Assembly (NCBI GenBank): GCA_964498255.1
Contig: CAZCGW010000010.1
Coordinates: 2,927-66,926, forward strand
Length of the DNA: 64,000 bases
Direction: 5' to 3'
Source: an uncultured Dechloromonas sp.
GTDB taxonomy: Bacteria; Pseudomonadota; Gammaproteobacteria; Burkholderiales; Rhodocyclaceae
Below are positions 25,230 to 32,433 of this stretch, piece by piece (the first letter of the stretch is position 1; every line of letters begins with the position of its first letter). The translations under genes were made by a program, and so were the position numbers. The notes beneath the pieces were generated by a model, which saw only the letters and a program-made list of their open reading frames with translations, was not told the origin of the DNA and did not search any database.

Positions 25230-25239
25230 AGAAAACCGT

Positions 25240-26037
25240 ATGAACCAAAAAAGCGACATCCTCGCCAAAATCATCGCCACCAAAGAGGTTGAGGTTAAAG
25301 CCGGCTATGCCAAGTGCGCGCTGGCTGAAATGGAAGTACTGGCTAAGGCGCAAGCACCTGCTCGAGACTTTGTCGGGGCTATCCGCGTAAAACTCGCCGC
25401 GCAACAACCTGCAGTCATTGCCGAGATTAAAAAAGCCAGCCCGTCCAAAGGGGTCATCCGCGCAGACTTTAAGCCGGCGGACATTGCCCAGTCTTACGCC
25501 GCTCATGGCGCAGCCTGTTTGTCGGTGCTCACGGATGTCGATTATTTTCAGGGCGCCAACAGCTATCTGCAAGCAGCGCGTGCTGCCTGTGATCTACCGG
25601 TGATCCGCAAAGACTTCATTATTGATCGCTGGCAGATTGCTGAAGCCCGTGCCATCGGTGCCGATGCCATTCTGCTAATTGTGTCGGCCCTCACCGATGC
25701 GGAGCTGCACGATCTGGAAGCCTATGCCTTCAGCCTCGGCCTGGCGGTACTGGTCGAAGTGCACGATGGTGAGGAGCTCACGCGGGCGCTGACCATGCAA
25801 ACGCCGCTGATCGGTATTAACAACCGAAACCTACGCACCTTTGAAGTGTCGCTCGATACAACGCTTAATCTTAAAGACCGTATCGGTGCCGAGCGCATCG
25901 TGGTAGCAGAGAGCGGCATCCTGGCGCCAGCCGACGTGCAGGTGCTGCGCAATGCAAACGTCAACACCTTCCTGGTGGGCGAAGCCTTTATGCGGGCGCC
26001 AGAGCCGGGCGTGGAGCTGGCGCGGCTATTTGCCTGA
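25240..26037 (+). CDS. trpC: Indole-3-glycerol phosphate synthase
   Basis: [36 protein letters not shown] and FLVGE; real start at 25240. Confidence 0.98.
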   Translation: MNQKSDILAKIIATKEVEVKAGYAKCALAEMEVLAKAQAPARDFVGAIRVKLAAQQPAVIAEIKKASPSKGVIRADFKPADIAQSYAAHGAACLSVLTDVDYFQGANSYLQAARAACDLPVIRKDFIIDRWQIAEARAIGADAILLIVSALTDAELHDLEAYAFSLGLAVLVEVHDGEELTRALTMQTPLIGINNRNLRTFEVSLDTTLNLKDRIGAERIVVAESGILAPADVQVLRNANVNTFLVGEAFMRAPEPGVELARLFA

Positions 26038-26054
26038 GGCATCTTAGCCCGCCA

Positions 26055-26105
26055 CGTTTGAGGGATCATGCAAACCCTCCAGATAGAAGCCATGGAAGCC
26101 GGAGC
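26055..26105 (+). repeat. Decayed copy of the MNT promoter and first codons (homologous to 27532-27582)
   Basis: 42/51 identical, ungapped; ATG at the same offset (26092 vs 27569); the -10 TAGAAT has decayed to CAGATA. Confidence 0.85.
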
Positions 26106-26122
26106 TAGGCGATGGCTGGTAG

Positions 26123-26509
26123 CTAAAAACAGTGCGCCGTGGCCTTTATCTCAATCTATTAACGTAGCCGCGTGTACAACCGGACGAAGCAGCCGGTCAT
26201 ATTTGCCGTAGTGCCATTGTTAGCCTACAAAAAGTACTGGGCGATGCAGGCGTAATGAATAACTTCACATCCTGGGTTACGTGCGTGGTACCGCTGCCGC
26301 CCGAGAAACTGTCTGACGGAAAACGGCATTCGGATTCGCGCAGCCGTATGACATTGCCGCCGTTAGATCTGGATTTTGAGCAATTGAATCAGGCTCGATT
26401 GGACAGGCTGGCAAAGAAAATGGGGCTGGAAAATGCTCTCAACCAATGGAAGGCAGGCAAAAAAGCCTACGACTTTGCACCCGGCACACGGTTTAATGCG
26501 CCGCGCTAA
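26123..26509 (+). pseudogene. Degraded AbiEi-like antitoxin, paralog of 28895-29620
   Basis: KTVRRGLYLN...PPEK is 48/61 aa identical to the intact gene, with an in-frame TAG at 26165-26167; a 176-bp internal deletion follows; the last 174 bp are 165/174 identical to 29447-29620. Confidence 0.9.
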
Positions 26510-26532
26510 CAAATTAGCCAAATGTTGCGCAA
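26510..26532 (+). repeat. 23-bp direct repeat, left copy (right copy 27405-27427)
   Basis: caaattagccaaatgttgcgcaa vs caaaatagccaaatgttgcgcaa, 22/23 identical. Confidence 0.9.
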
Positions 26533-26581
26533 AATTTAGCGCGCGATAGCTTAATAGTCTTGCTCATCATCATTCCACATG

Positions 26582-26609
26582 TTGCAGTTATTTATTAACT
26601 GCGTATAGT
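26582..26609 (+). promoter_or_regulatory. Promoter/operator of the ParE-type TA operon
   Basis: TTGCAG-N16-TATAGT overlapped by the perfect IR gcagtta-N5-taactgc (26584-26602). Confidence 0.6.
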
Positions 26610-26659
26610 TTAACTGTAAATCGCGTTGTGCATGCTGATTCAAACTACAGGAGCTGTCG

Positions 26660-27103
26660 ATGAGCGTACAAACAATAGATCACGCCACCTTATCCCGCCT
26701 TGTTGAAGCGGGGGCGGTCAGCGCGGCACAGGCTGTCGGTCAGCAGGGCGGTTGGTCTGTAGTGGTGAAATACGGGATGATCGAACGAACGCTGGCGGCA
26801 CAGCGTAATCGTCAGGTGCGCACGTTCCGCAAACTGGAATCGCTCGTCTCCTACTTGAAGGGCGTGGGCATTGGCCAATTTGTGGTGGATGCGCTTAATT
26901 ACGACCCCGTGAGCCAGACACCCGCAAAGCGGCCAGATCGGTCAGTGGCATTAAAACATGCGCATGAGGCAGCCGCTTACGACACATGGTTTAGAGCACA
27001 GATTCAAGCCAGTCTTGATGATGCGCGCCCGAGCATTGCAGCCGATGAAGCTCGCAAGGCGTTTGCTAAACATAAGGCGCTACTGATAAAGCCGGCAAAG
27101 TGA
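26660..27103 (+). CDS. Antitoxin with a PaaA2-like C-terminal segment and an uncharacterised N-terminal domain
   Basis: C-terminal YDTWFRAQIQASLDDARPSI resembles PaaA2-type ParE antitoxins; RBS aggag; GTGA overlap with the toxin. Confidence 0.75.
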   Translation: MSVQTIDHATLSRLVEAGAVSAAQAVGQQGGWSVVVKYGMIERTLAAQRNRQVRTFRKLESLVSYLKGVGIGQFVVDALNYDPVSQTPAKRPDRSVALKHAHEAAAYDTWFRAQIQASLDDARPSIAADEARKAFAKHKALLIKPAK

Positions 27104-27381
27104 TAAAGCTTGTCTGGCGTCCAATGGCTTTGACCGACCGCGAAGCCATCATGACGTTTATTGCTGAAGAGAGTCCAGTTGCAGCAATTGCGCTTGATGA
27201 TCAGTTTGAGGCAAAAGCTGAGCAGGCTAGGCTGCGTCCCACGCTCTATAAGCCAGGCCGGATTAAGGGCACTCGGGAAATTGTGGTGCAACCGAACTAT
27301 GTGATGATTTATGCCGTTGACAAAGATGCAGGAGAATTGACTGTGCTACGCGTCTTGCACGCAGCACAGCAGTGGCCGTAG
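27100..27381 (+). CDS. RelE/ParE-family toxin
   Basis: 93 aa; [37 protein letters not shown] and [12 protein letters not shown]. Confidence 0.9.
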   Translation: MIKLVWRPMALTDREAIMTFIAEESPVAAIALDDQFEAKAEQARLRPTLYKPGRIKGTREIVVQPNYVMIYAVDKDAGELTVLRVLHAAQQWP

Positions 27382-27404
27382 CGAGATACCAGCAACTGTG
27401 CCTC

Positions 27405-27427
27405 CAAAATAGCCAAATGTTGCGCAA
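27405..27427 (+). repeat. 23-bp direct repeat, right copy
   Basis: 22/23 identical to 26510-26532; its 3' end overlaps the start of the trpC copy. Confidence 0.9.
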
Positions 27428-27512
27428 TGCCAACGTCAACACCTTCCTGGTGGGCGAAGCCTTCATGCGGGCGCCAGAGCCGGGGGTTGAGCTGGCAAGG
27501 TTATTTGCCTGA
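27421..27512 (+). repeat. Second copy of the trpC 3' end ([30 protein letters not shown])
   Basis: 85/92 identical to 25946-26037; all 7 differences are synonymous. Confidence 0.97.
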
Positions 27513-27534
27513 AGCTTATTCTATAGCTAAGCGT

Positions 27535-27562
27535 TTGACGGATCACGCAAACCCACTAGAAT
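27535..27562 (+). promoter_or_regulatory. sigma70 promoter of the MNT gene, probably leaderless
   Basis: TTGACG-N16-TAGAAT; the ATG starts 7 nt after the -10 element; no Shine-Dalgarno. Confidence 0.6.
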
Positions 27563-27568
27563 GAAGCC

Positions 27569-27901
27569 ATGAAAACCGAAGCCGAACGCGAAGCGGAAAT
27601 TATGAAGATGCTCGAAGATTTGTTTTCCGCCAGGAAAGCAGATCTGGTGAAGCATCGCGTGCTTCTATTCGGTTCGCGGGCGCGTGGTAATGCAAAGCGA
27701 CAATCTGACTTTGATCTTGCGATTGATGGGGATGAGCCTCTAGCTGTTAAGAAGTTTTATGAGATCGAAGAAGCGCTAGACGATTTGCCAACGCTGTATA
27801 GCTTTGATTGGGTGGATTTGGCCAAAGCAAATCCCCGCTTCCGTGAAGAGGCTATAAAGTCGGCAAGGGTCATTTATGAAGGCTGTTCTATTCGCAGTTA
27901 A
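27569..27901 (+). CDS. Minimal nucleotidyltransferase (MNT, MntA-like antitoxin)
   Basis: 110 aa with an intact GS-X10-DxD motif (FGSRARGNAKRQSDFD). Confidence 0.9.
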   Translation: MKTEAEREAEIMKMLEDLFSARKADLVKHRVLLFGSRARGNAKRQSDFDLAIDGDEPLAVKKFYEIEEALDDLPTLYSFDWVDLAKANPRFREEAIKSARVIYEGCSIRS

Positions 27902-28055
27902 AGAAATCTGGTTGGAGATGCTCGAAGCCAGAAACCGTATGTCGCATACCTATGATGCTAAAGATGCGCTTAAGGTCTATGAAAAGCTCCGGGGCTTTGT
28001 TGAACCGCTGCGAAACTTGGTTAACAGTCTCAAAGAATCCACCGCGACTCAATAG
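27876..28055 (+). pseudogene. Truncated HEPN (HI0074/HepT-like) toxin, 59 aa, absent from the ORF track
   Basis: Hand translation MKAVLFAVKEIWLEMLEARNRMSHTYDAKDALKVYEKL...; keeps the R-X4-H motif (RNRMSH) but is under half the usual family length of about 130 aa; overlaps the MNT 3' end. Confidence 0.8.
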
Positions 28056-28056
28056 A

Positions 28057-28111
28057 TTGACGTTTTTAACGTAGTCCGTTAGGATCAAAAAACGATCCTA
28101 ATGGACTACGT
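28057..28111 (+). promoter_or_regulatory. Promoter plus 18-bp inverted-repeat operator of the abiEii-abiEi operon
   Basis: TTGACG-N17-TAGGAT (28057-28085); IR arms 28069-28086 and 28094-28111 (17/18), ending 2 nt before the ATG. Confidence 0.8.
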
Positions 28112-28113
28112 GT

Positions 28114-28905
28114 ATGCAACTGCTTGACCCCAAACTCCTCGGTTTTCAACCGCTGGCCATCGCCCGCGACCGCTTCCAGCTGGCCTTCGTGCGCGCCGTC
28201 ATGATGGCGGCGAACGGCCGACTGGTGGTTAAAGGCGGTATGGCGATTCGTACCGAGCTGGATGGCGTTCGGATGACCGAAGACGTCGATTTTGATCGTG
28301 CTGCGGGTATCTCGCTAGAGGCAACAGCTAATGCCATCCGTCAGGGGCTTAAGCAGGCGTGTACCGTTTGTGGTGTGCATGACGCACAGCTAACGGAAAG
28401 CAAAAAAACCGCCGCAACACTACGTATCAAATTGCACGGCACCTTGCCTGAAGGTGGGGTCATTAGTTTTAAGGCAGAAGCATCCGGTCGTCACGCGGCC
28501 TTTGCTGACCGGTTCAAAACCATCGTCCCGGTCACGTCGCCAGCGTCCTATCGCGTTGCCCCCATGTCGATGAGTGTTTATCCGCTCAACGTATTGCTGG
28601 CAACCAAGATTGCAGCGCTCATGAGTCCGGAACGTAACGTCCCGCGAGACGTGTACGACATCAAACGTATGCTTGATGTTGGTGTTACGCCAGAGGGTTT
28701 GGATGTGCTGGTGTCTAAAACGCAATTGCGGGCTTTTGCCGATGAAGTCTGGGCCAAAGTCGGGGGCATCCATTACAACGCGTTCCAAACCGAGTTGCTG
28801 CCCTTCATTGGAAAAGCAGCGGCGGATGAAGTCACCGAAGCCGTCTGGTCAGCCTGGTGTACCGATGTAGCTGCTGCTATCGAAGGAATATGTCGTGGCG
28901 CTTAA
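28114..28905 (+). CDS. AbiEii/AbiGii-family nucleotidyltransferase toxin (type IV TA)
   Basis: LVVKGGMAIR, RMTEDVDFD, ATKIAAL and PRDVYDI. Confidence 0.85.
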   Translation: MQLLDPKLLGFQPLAIARDRFQLAFVRAVMMAANGRLVVKGGMAIRTELDGVRMTEDVDFDRAAGISLEATANAIRQGLKQACTVCGVHDAQLTESKKTAATLRIKLHGTLPEGGVISFKAEASGRHAAFADRFKTIVPVTSPASYRVAPMSMSVYPLNVLLATKIAALMSPERNVPRDVYDIKRMLDVGVTPEGLDVLVSKTQLRAFADEVWAKVGGIHYNAFQTELLPFIGKAAADEVTEAVWSAWCTDVAAAIEGICRGA

Positions 28906-29620
28906 ACTCGACCACATATTGCGGATGCTGCGTGATCCGGAGTGTCCGCGGGTGCTGACCCCCATGGATATCAAGCAATGGTTTGCCATGTCTGACATCG
29001 CGCTTTCTGAAGCCACACAAAAACGCTGGGTGGCAAGGATGCGCGATAGTGGATTAATCAAACCGGTGCGGCGCGGGTTGTATCTCAATGCACTGGCGCA
29101 GCCACCCGTTCAACCCGATGAGGCGGGGAGCTATCTGTGTCGTGGCGCAATTGTGAGTCTGCAAAAAGTATTGGGTGATGCCGGTGTGCTGAATAACTTC
29201 ACCTCATGGGTCACTTGTATTGTGGCGTTGCCCCCCGAAAAAAAAGAGGGCGAGAACAATCCATTCGGGTTCGCCCAGCCGAGCACAGGGAAAGTGGAAA
29301 CGCAGGTCGGATCTTTTAGCTTTCAGGCGCTGCCATTTTCCCTGGTGTATCAGGCAGGGGCTCTGGATGATTGTCTGGAAGTCTTACCCTATCAACGGGC
29401 GACACCCGAAAAAGCCTTTCTCGATTGGTTGTACCTGGGGTCAACATCGCGCAGCCATATGACGTTGCCGCCTTTAGATCTGGATTTTGAGCAATTGAAT
29501 CAGGCTCGATTGGACAGGCTGGCAAAGAAAATGGGGCTGGAAAATGCACTCATCCAATGGAAGGCAGGCAAAAAAACCTACGACCTTGCGCCCGGCGCAC
29601 GGTTTAATGCGCCGCGCTAA
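28895..29620 (+). CDS. AbiEi-like antitoxin/transcriptional regulator
   Basis: N-terminal wHTH-like region ending VRRGLYL, AIVSLQKVLGDAG and ATPEKAFLDWLYL; 11-nt overlap with the toxin stop. Confidence 0.75.
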   Translation: MALKLDHILRMLRDPECPRVLTPMDIKQWFAMSDIALSEATQKRWVARMRDSGLIKPVRRGLYLNALAQPPVQPDEAGSYLCRGAIVSLQKVLGDAGVLNNFTSWVTCIVALPPEKKEGENNPFGFAQPSTGKVETQVGSFSFQALPFSLVYQAGALDDCLEVLPYQRATPEKAFLDWLYLGSTSRSHMTLPPLDLDFEQLNQARLDRLAKKMGLENALIQWKAGKKTYDLAPGARFNAPR

Positions 29621-29652
29621 CCCAACAACCCCCATTCAATTTGCTGATTTGA

Positions 29653-29711
29653 TTGGACAAAATTAAAACTCCGGCTAAAATGCAATCAGTCTGCACTTTA
29701 GCCGGAGTTTT
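29653..29711 (+). promoter_or_regulatory. Promoter buried in a 15-bp perfect inverted repeat upstream of the AAA ATPase
   Basis: Arms 29665-29679 (aaaactccggctaaa) and 29697-29711; TTGGAC-N17-TAAAAT overlaps the left arm; ATG 3 nt after the right arm. Confidence 0.72.
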
Positions 29712-29714
29712 GTT

Positions 29715-30965
29715 ATGCCTAACACCGCCCACGCCTATCCGCGAACCCTGAGATCGTCCATACTCAAAGCCTCGCGGCATTTTCCCGTGGTAGCAGTCAC
29801 TGGCGCGCGGCAGGTAGGTAAAACGACCCTGCTAAAAGAGATCTGCGAGCCAGAGCGGCGGTATGTGTCACTGGACGATCCCTTTTTGCTCAAATCCGCG
29901 AAGGAAGACCCGGAGCTTTTCCTGCAGAACCATCCGGCGCCGCTGCTGATTGATGAAATTCAGTACGCGCCGGAATTGTTGCCCTTCATAAAAATGCGGG
30001 TAGATGCCGCAAAAAAGAAGGGGGAGTACTGGCTCACGGGCTCGCAGCCCTTTCATTTGATGCAGGGGCTGTCGGAATCTCTGGCTGGCCGGGTCGGCAT
30101 CCTCAACCTGCTGGGTTTTTCTAATCTCGAATCGCATGGCTTGGGCGCGTGCGCTGTAAGTCCATTTTTGCCGGAGCGAGCTTGGGTAGATGCGCAGCAG
30201 TCTTCGTGGAACGGCAAAAACCCGCAGTCGATTCAAGCGCTCTACGCGGCAATTTGGCAAGGTTCTTTTCCCGCCCTTGTGATAGACCCAGACATGGATC
30301 GAGATTTGTATTTTGCGAGCTATGTGCAAACCTACATCCAACGAGATGTCCGTCAACTCGCGAGGGTAGGAGACGAACAGGCATTTCTAAGATTTATACG
30401 ATCTGCTGCTGCAAGAACCGGGCAACTCCTCAATATGGCCGACTTGGCACGCGATGCGGACATTTCCCCGAATACCGCAAAAGCGTGGCTTTCAATATTG
30501 GAAGTCTCGGGGCTGATCTATCTACTGCAACCTTGGTATAGCAATCTTACGAAGCGGCTGGTTAAAACGCCCAAGCTCTATTTCATGGATACCGGTCTGT
30601 GTGCCTATTTGACTCAGTGGAGCAGCCCGGAAACGCTTGAGGCTGGCGCCATGAGCGGAGCCATCTTTGAAACCTGGTGCGTCGTAGAGATCATAAAGAG
30701 CTATTGGCACAACGGTCAGCGCGCACCGCTGTATTACTTTAGAAACCGTGACCAACAAGAAATAGATCTCTTGATTGAACGAGATGGCAATTTGCATGGT
30801 GTTGAATTCAAGAAAAGTGCAGCACCAGGAGAGGGGGCTGTGGCAGGTATCAAAGCGGGGATAAAGCTAGGCTTGCCTATAGGCAGTAGCGCCGTTGTTT
30901 GTATGCGCCAGGATGTGCTGCAGATTGCCGAAGGTGTCATCACGATTCCGGCAACGCAAATTTAG
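29715..30965 (+). CDS. AAA_14/DUF4143-type ATP-binding protein with a C-terminal PD-(D/E)xK-like motif
   Basis: Walker A GARQVGKT, Walker B LLIDEIQ, LTGSQ, SESLAGR, KTPKLYFMDTG and EIDLLIE...VEFK. Confidence 0.88.
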   Translation: MPNTAHAYPRTLRSSILKASRHFPVVAVTGARQVGKTTLLKEICEPERRYVSLDDPFLLKSAKEDPELFLQNHPAPLLIDEIQYAPELLPFIKMRVDAAKKKGEYWLTGSQPFHLMQGLSESLAGRVGILNLLGFSNLESHGLGACAVSPFLPERAWVDAQQSSWNGKNPQSIQALYAAIWQGSFPALVIDPDMDRDLYFASYVQTYIQRDVRQLARVGDEQAFLRFIRSAAARTGQLLNMADLARDADISPNTAKAWLSILEVSGLIYLLQPWYSNLTKRLVKTPKLYFMDTGLCAYLTQWSSPETLEAGAMSGAIFETWCVVEIIKSYWHNGQRAPLYYFRNRDQQEIDLLIERDGNLHGVEFKKSAAPGEGAVAGIKAGIKLGLPIGSSAVVCMRQDVLQIAEGVITIPATQI

Positions 30966-30968
30966 CCA

Positions 30969-30998
30969 AGTGTTGTTTTGTTGCAACAAAACAACACT
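30969..30998. repeat. Perfect 30-bp palindrome at the islet/porin boundary
   Basis: agtgttgttttgttg|caacaaaacaacact with no spacer, 3 nt after the ATPase stop. Confidence 0.85.
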
Positions 30999-31133
30999 CC
31001 CCGGCCAAATCTGTTGTATTTAAGTTGCTTTGCCCTCCCGGGTGTACCACAATCCACTCAACCACTCATCCGATGAGAGGTTCCTGGCAATAAAGCGCAA
31101 GCCGAGTTGCCATCAATCTTAAGGAGATCTCTA

Positions 31134-32342
31134 ATGCAAAAGAAAATCGTTGCTCTAGCAGTTGCCGGTCTGTCGACCGCTGCTTTCGCACAAACCAACG
31201 TAACTATCTACGGTGTTGCTGACGTTTCGGGTCAGGGCACAACCATCTCGGGTGCTAAAGATCCAGCAACCCCACAAACAGACGGTTCGACTTTCAACCT
31301 GCAATCGAACAGCTCGCTGATCGGCTTCAAGGGTACTGAAGACTTGGGCAACGGCCTCAAGGCTATGTTCCAGATGGAAACCTCGATGTATCTGAACGGC
31401 TCTGGCACGGGTGCTCAAGCTGGTACGGGTAATGTTTGGGGTACGAATGGTATGCGTGACTCTTACATCGGTGTGAACAGCAAATACGGTACGGCCATGG
31501 GTGGTTACATCTCGACACCGTTCCGTCAGTCGCTGAACAGCTTTGACGTAATGCCAGGCGCAACTGGTTCGGGTCAAATCGAAAACATGATCGGTGAAAT
31601 GCGTTTTGGCGGTTCGGGCCTGGCCTATGACTCGTCCATCCGCGCAACGGCTGTTGCCTACGCAATGCCGACGCTTTATGGCTTCAACGGCTCGATCGCT
31701 TACACGGGCTCGAATAACAATGGTACGACCAACCAAACGAGCGCAGGTAGCAGCTGTGGTACCGCCTCTAACGGCGAAACTTCGGCATGTACTTCTACGC
31801 CGCAAAGCGCTTGGGGCTTGAACCTGGGCTGGACTGGCTATGGTGTTAACGTGACTGGTGCTTTCCAGCAAGCTAACTACAACCTGTCTGGCGCTGGTGC
31901 CAACAACCTGGGCGATTTCACGAGCTACCTGGTTGGTGCGACCTATACCGGTATTCAGAACCTGAAGCTGTCGAACGTTTACGTTCGTAACTCGCTTGGT
32001 ACCAATGGTCCATCGACGCTGACAACTGGTGGTGCTGGCAAGATCAGCAACAACCAATACTGGTTTGGTGCTTCGTATCGTATGGGTAACTGGGAACCAG
32101 CCGCATCGGCTGGCTTCGCTAGTGACTTCGACGGTTCGAGCGTACAACAGTATGGCTCGAAGCAGTGGACTGCTCGTGTTGGTTACTATCTGAGCAAGCG
32201 TTCGCAAGTTTATGGTCTGGTTTCGAACATGAACAACTCGGCTAACCAGACTTACAAGCCAGGTCTGTCTGCTTCGGCAGCTTCACTGACTGGTGGCCAG
32301 AATGTGTTCACGTATGGTCTGGGTATGCGTACTTCGTTCTAA
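31134..32342 (+). CDS. Gram-negative general porin (betaproteobacterial trimeric type)
   Basis: Signal peptide MQKKIVALAVAGLSTAAFAQ, NVTIYGVAD, SLIGFKGTEDLGNGLKAMFQME, YYLSKRSQVY and C-terminal F; RBS aaggag. Confidence 0.95.
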   Translation: MQKKIVALAVAGLSTAAFAQTNVTIYGVADVSGQGTTISGAKDPATPQTDGSTFNLQSNSSLIGFKGTEDLGNGLKAMFQMETSMYLNGSGTGAQAGTGNVWGTNGMRDSYIGVNSKYGTAMGGYISTPFRQSLNSFDVMPGATGSGQIENMIGEMRFGGSGLAYDSSIRATAVAYAMPTLYGFNGSIAYTGSNNNGTTNQTSAGSSCGTASNGETSACTSTPQSAWGLNLGWTGYGVNVTGAFQQANYNLSGAGANNLGDFTSYLVGATYTGIQNLKLSNVYVRNSLGTNGPSTLTTGGAGKISNNQYWFGASYRMGNWEPAASAGFASDFDGSSVQQYGSKQWTARVGYYLSKRSQVYGLVSNMNNSANQTYKPGLSASAASLTGGQNVFTYGLGMRTSF

Positions 32343-32367
32343 TCTGACTTAGGTCAAATTAGTACTT

Positions 32368-32393
32368 AAAACGGGAGCTTCGGCTCCCGTTTT
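32368..32393. terminator. Rho-independent terminator after the porin gene
   Basis: aaaacgggagc-TTCG-gctcccgtttt followed by further T residues. Confidence 0.9.
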
Positions 32394-32433
32394 TATTTGC
32401 GTGTGGTTTTGTGCTGCTTGATAGAATGTGCGA

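Larger units (their letters stand above)
26038..30965. mobile_element. Toxin-antitoxin/Abi islet between trpC and the porin gene (no integrase or transposase visible)
   Basis: Only TA/Abi-type genes and their remnants; contains a second copy of the trpC 3' end and internal direct repeats. Confidence 0.7.

Noticed and set aside
24712-25239. 441-aa ORF suggesting an N-terminally extended or fused TrpC
   Set aside because: The extension is an off-frame overlap with trpD; the real TrpC starts at the ATG at 25240.
26088-26115. EAGARRW read as the N-terminal part of the abiEi remnant (similar to EATQKRW)
   Set aside because: These bases align better, ungapped, with the MNT promoter and start (27532-27582), so they were assigned to the decayed mnt copy; the junction lies near here.
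26510-26540. Possible dif/pdif (XerCD) site in the 23-bp repeat
   Set aside because: Only the TGCGCA core resembles a XerC arm; there is no TTATGTTAAAT-like XerD arm at 6-bp spacing.
26500-26545. Possible integron attC site (cgcgctaa...ttagcgcg IR overlapping the abiEi remnant stop)
   Set aside because: No RYYYAAC/GTTRRRY match, too short for attC, not repeated after other genes, and no integron integrase.
31155-32207. 350-aa antisense ORF over the porin gene (similar ones over ftsZ at 12679-13539, secA at 16303-17178 and bdhA at 59037-59777)
   Set aside because: Shadow ORFs expected from strong codon bias in highly expressed genes; no recognisable motifs.
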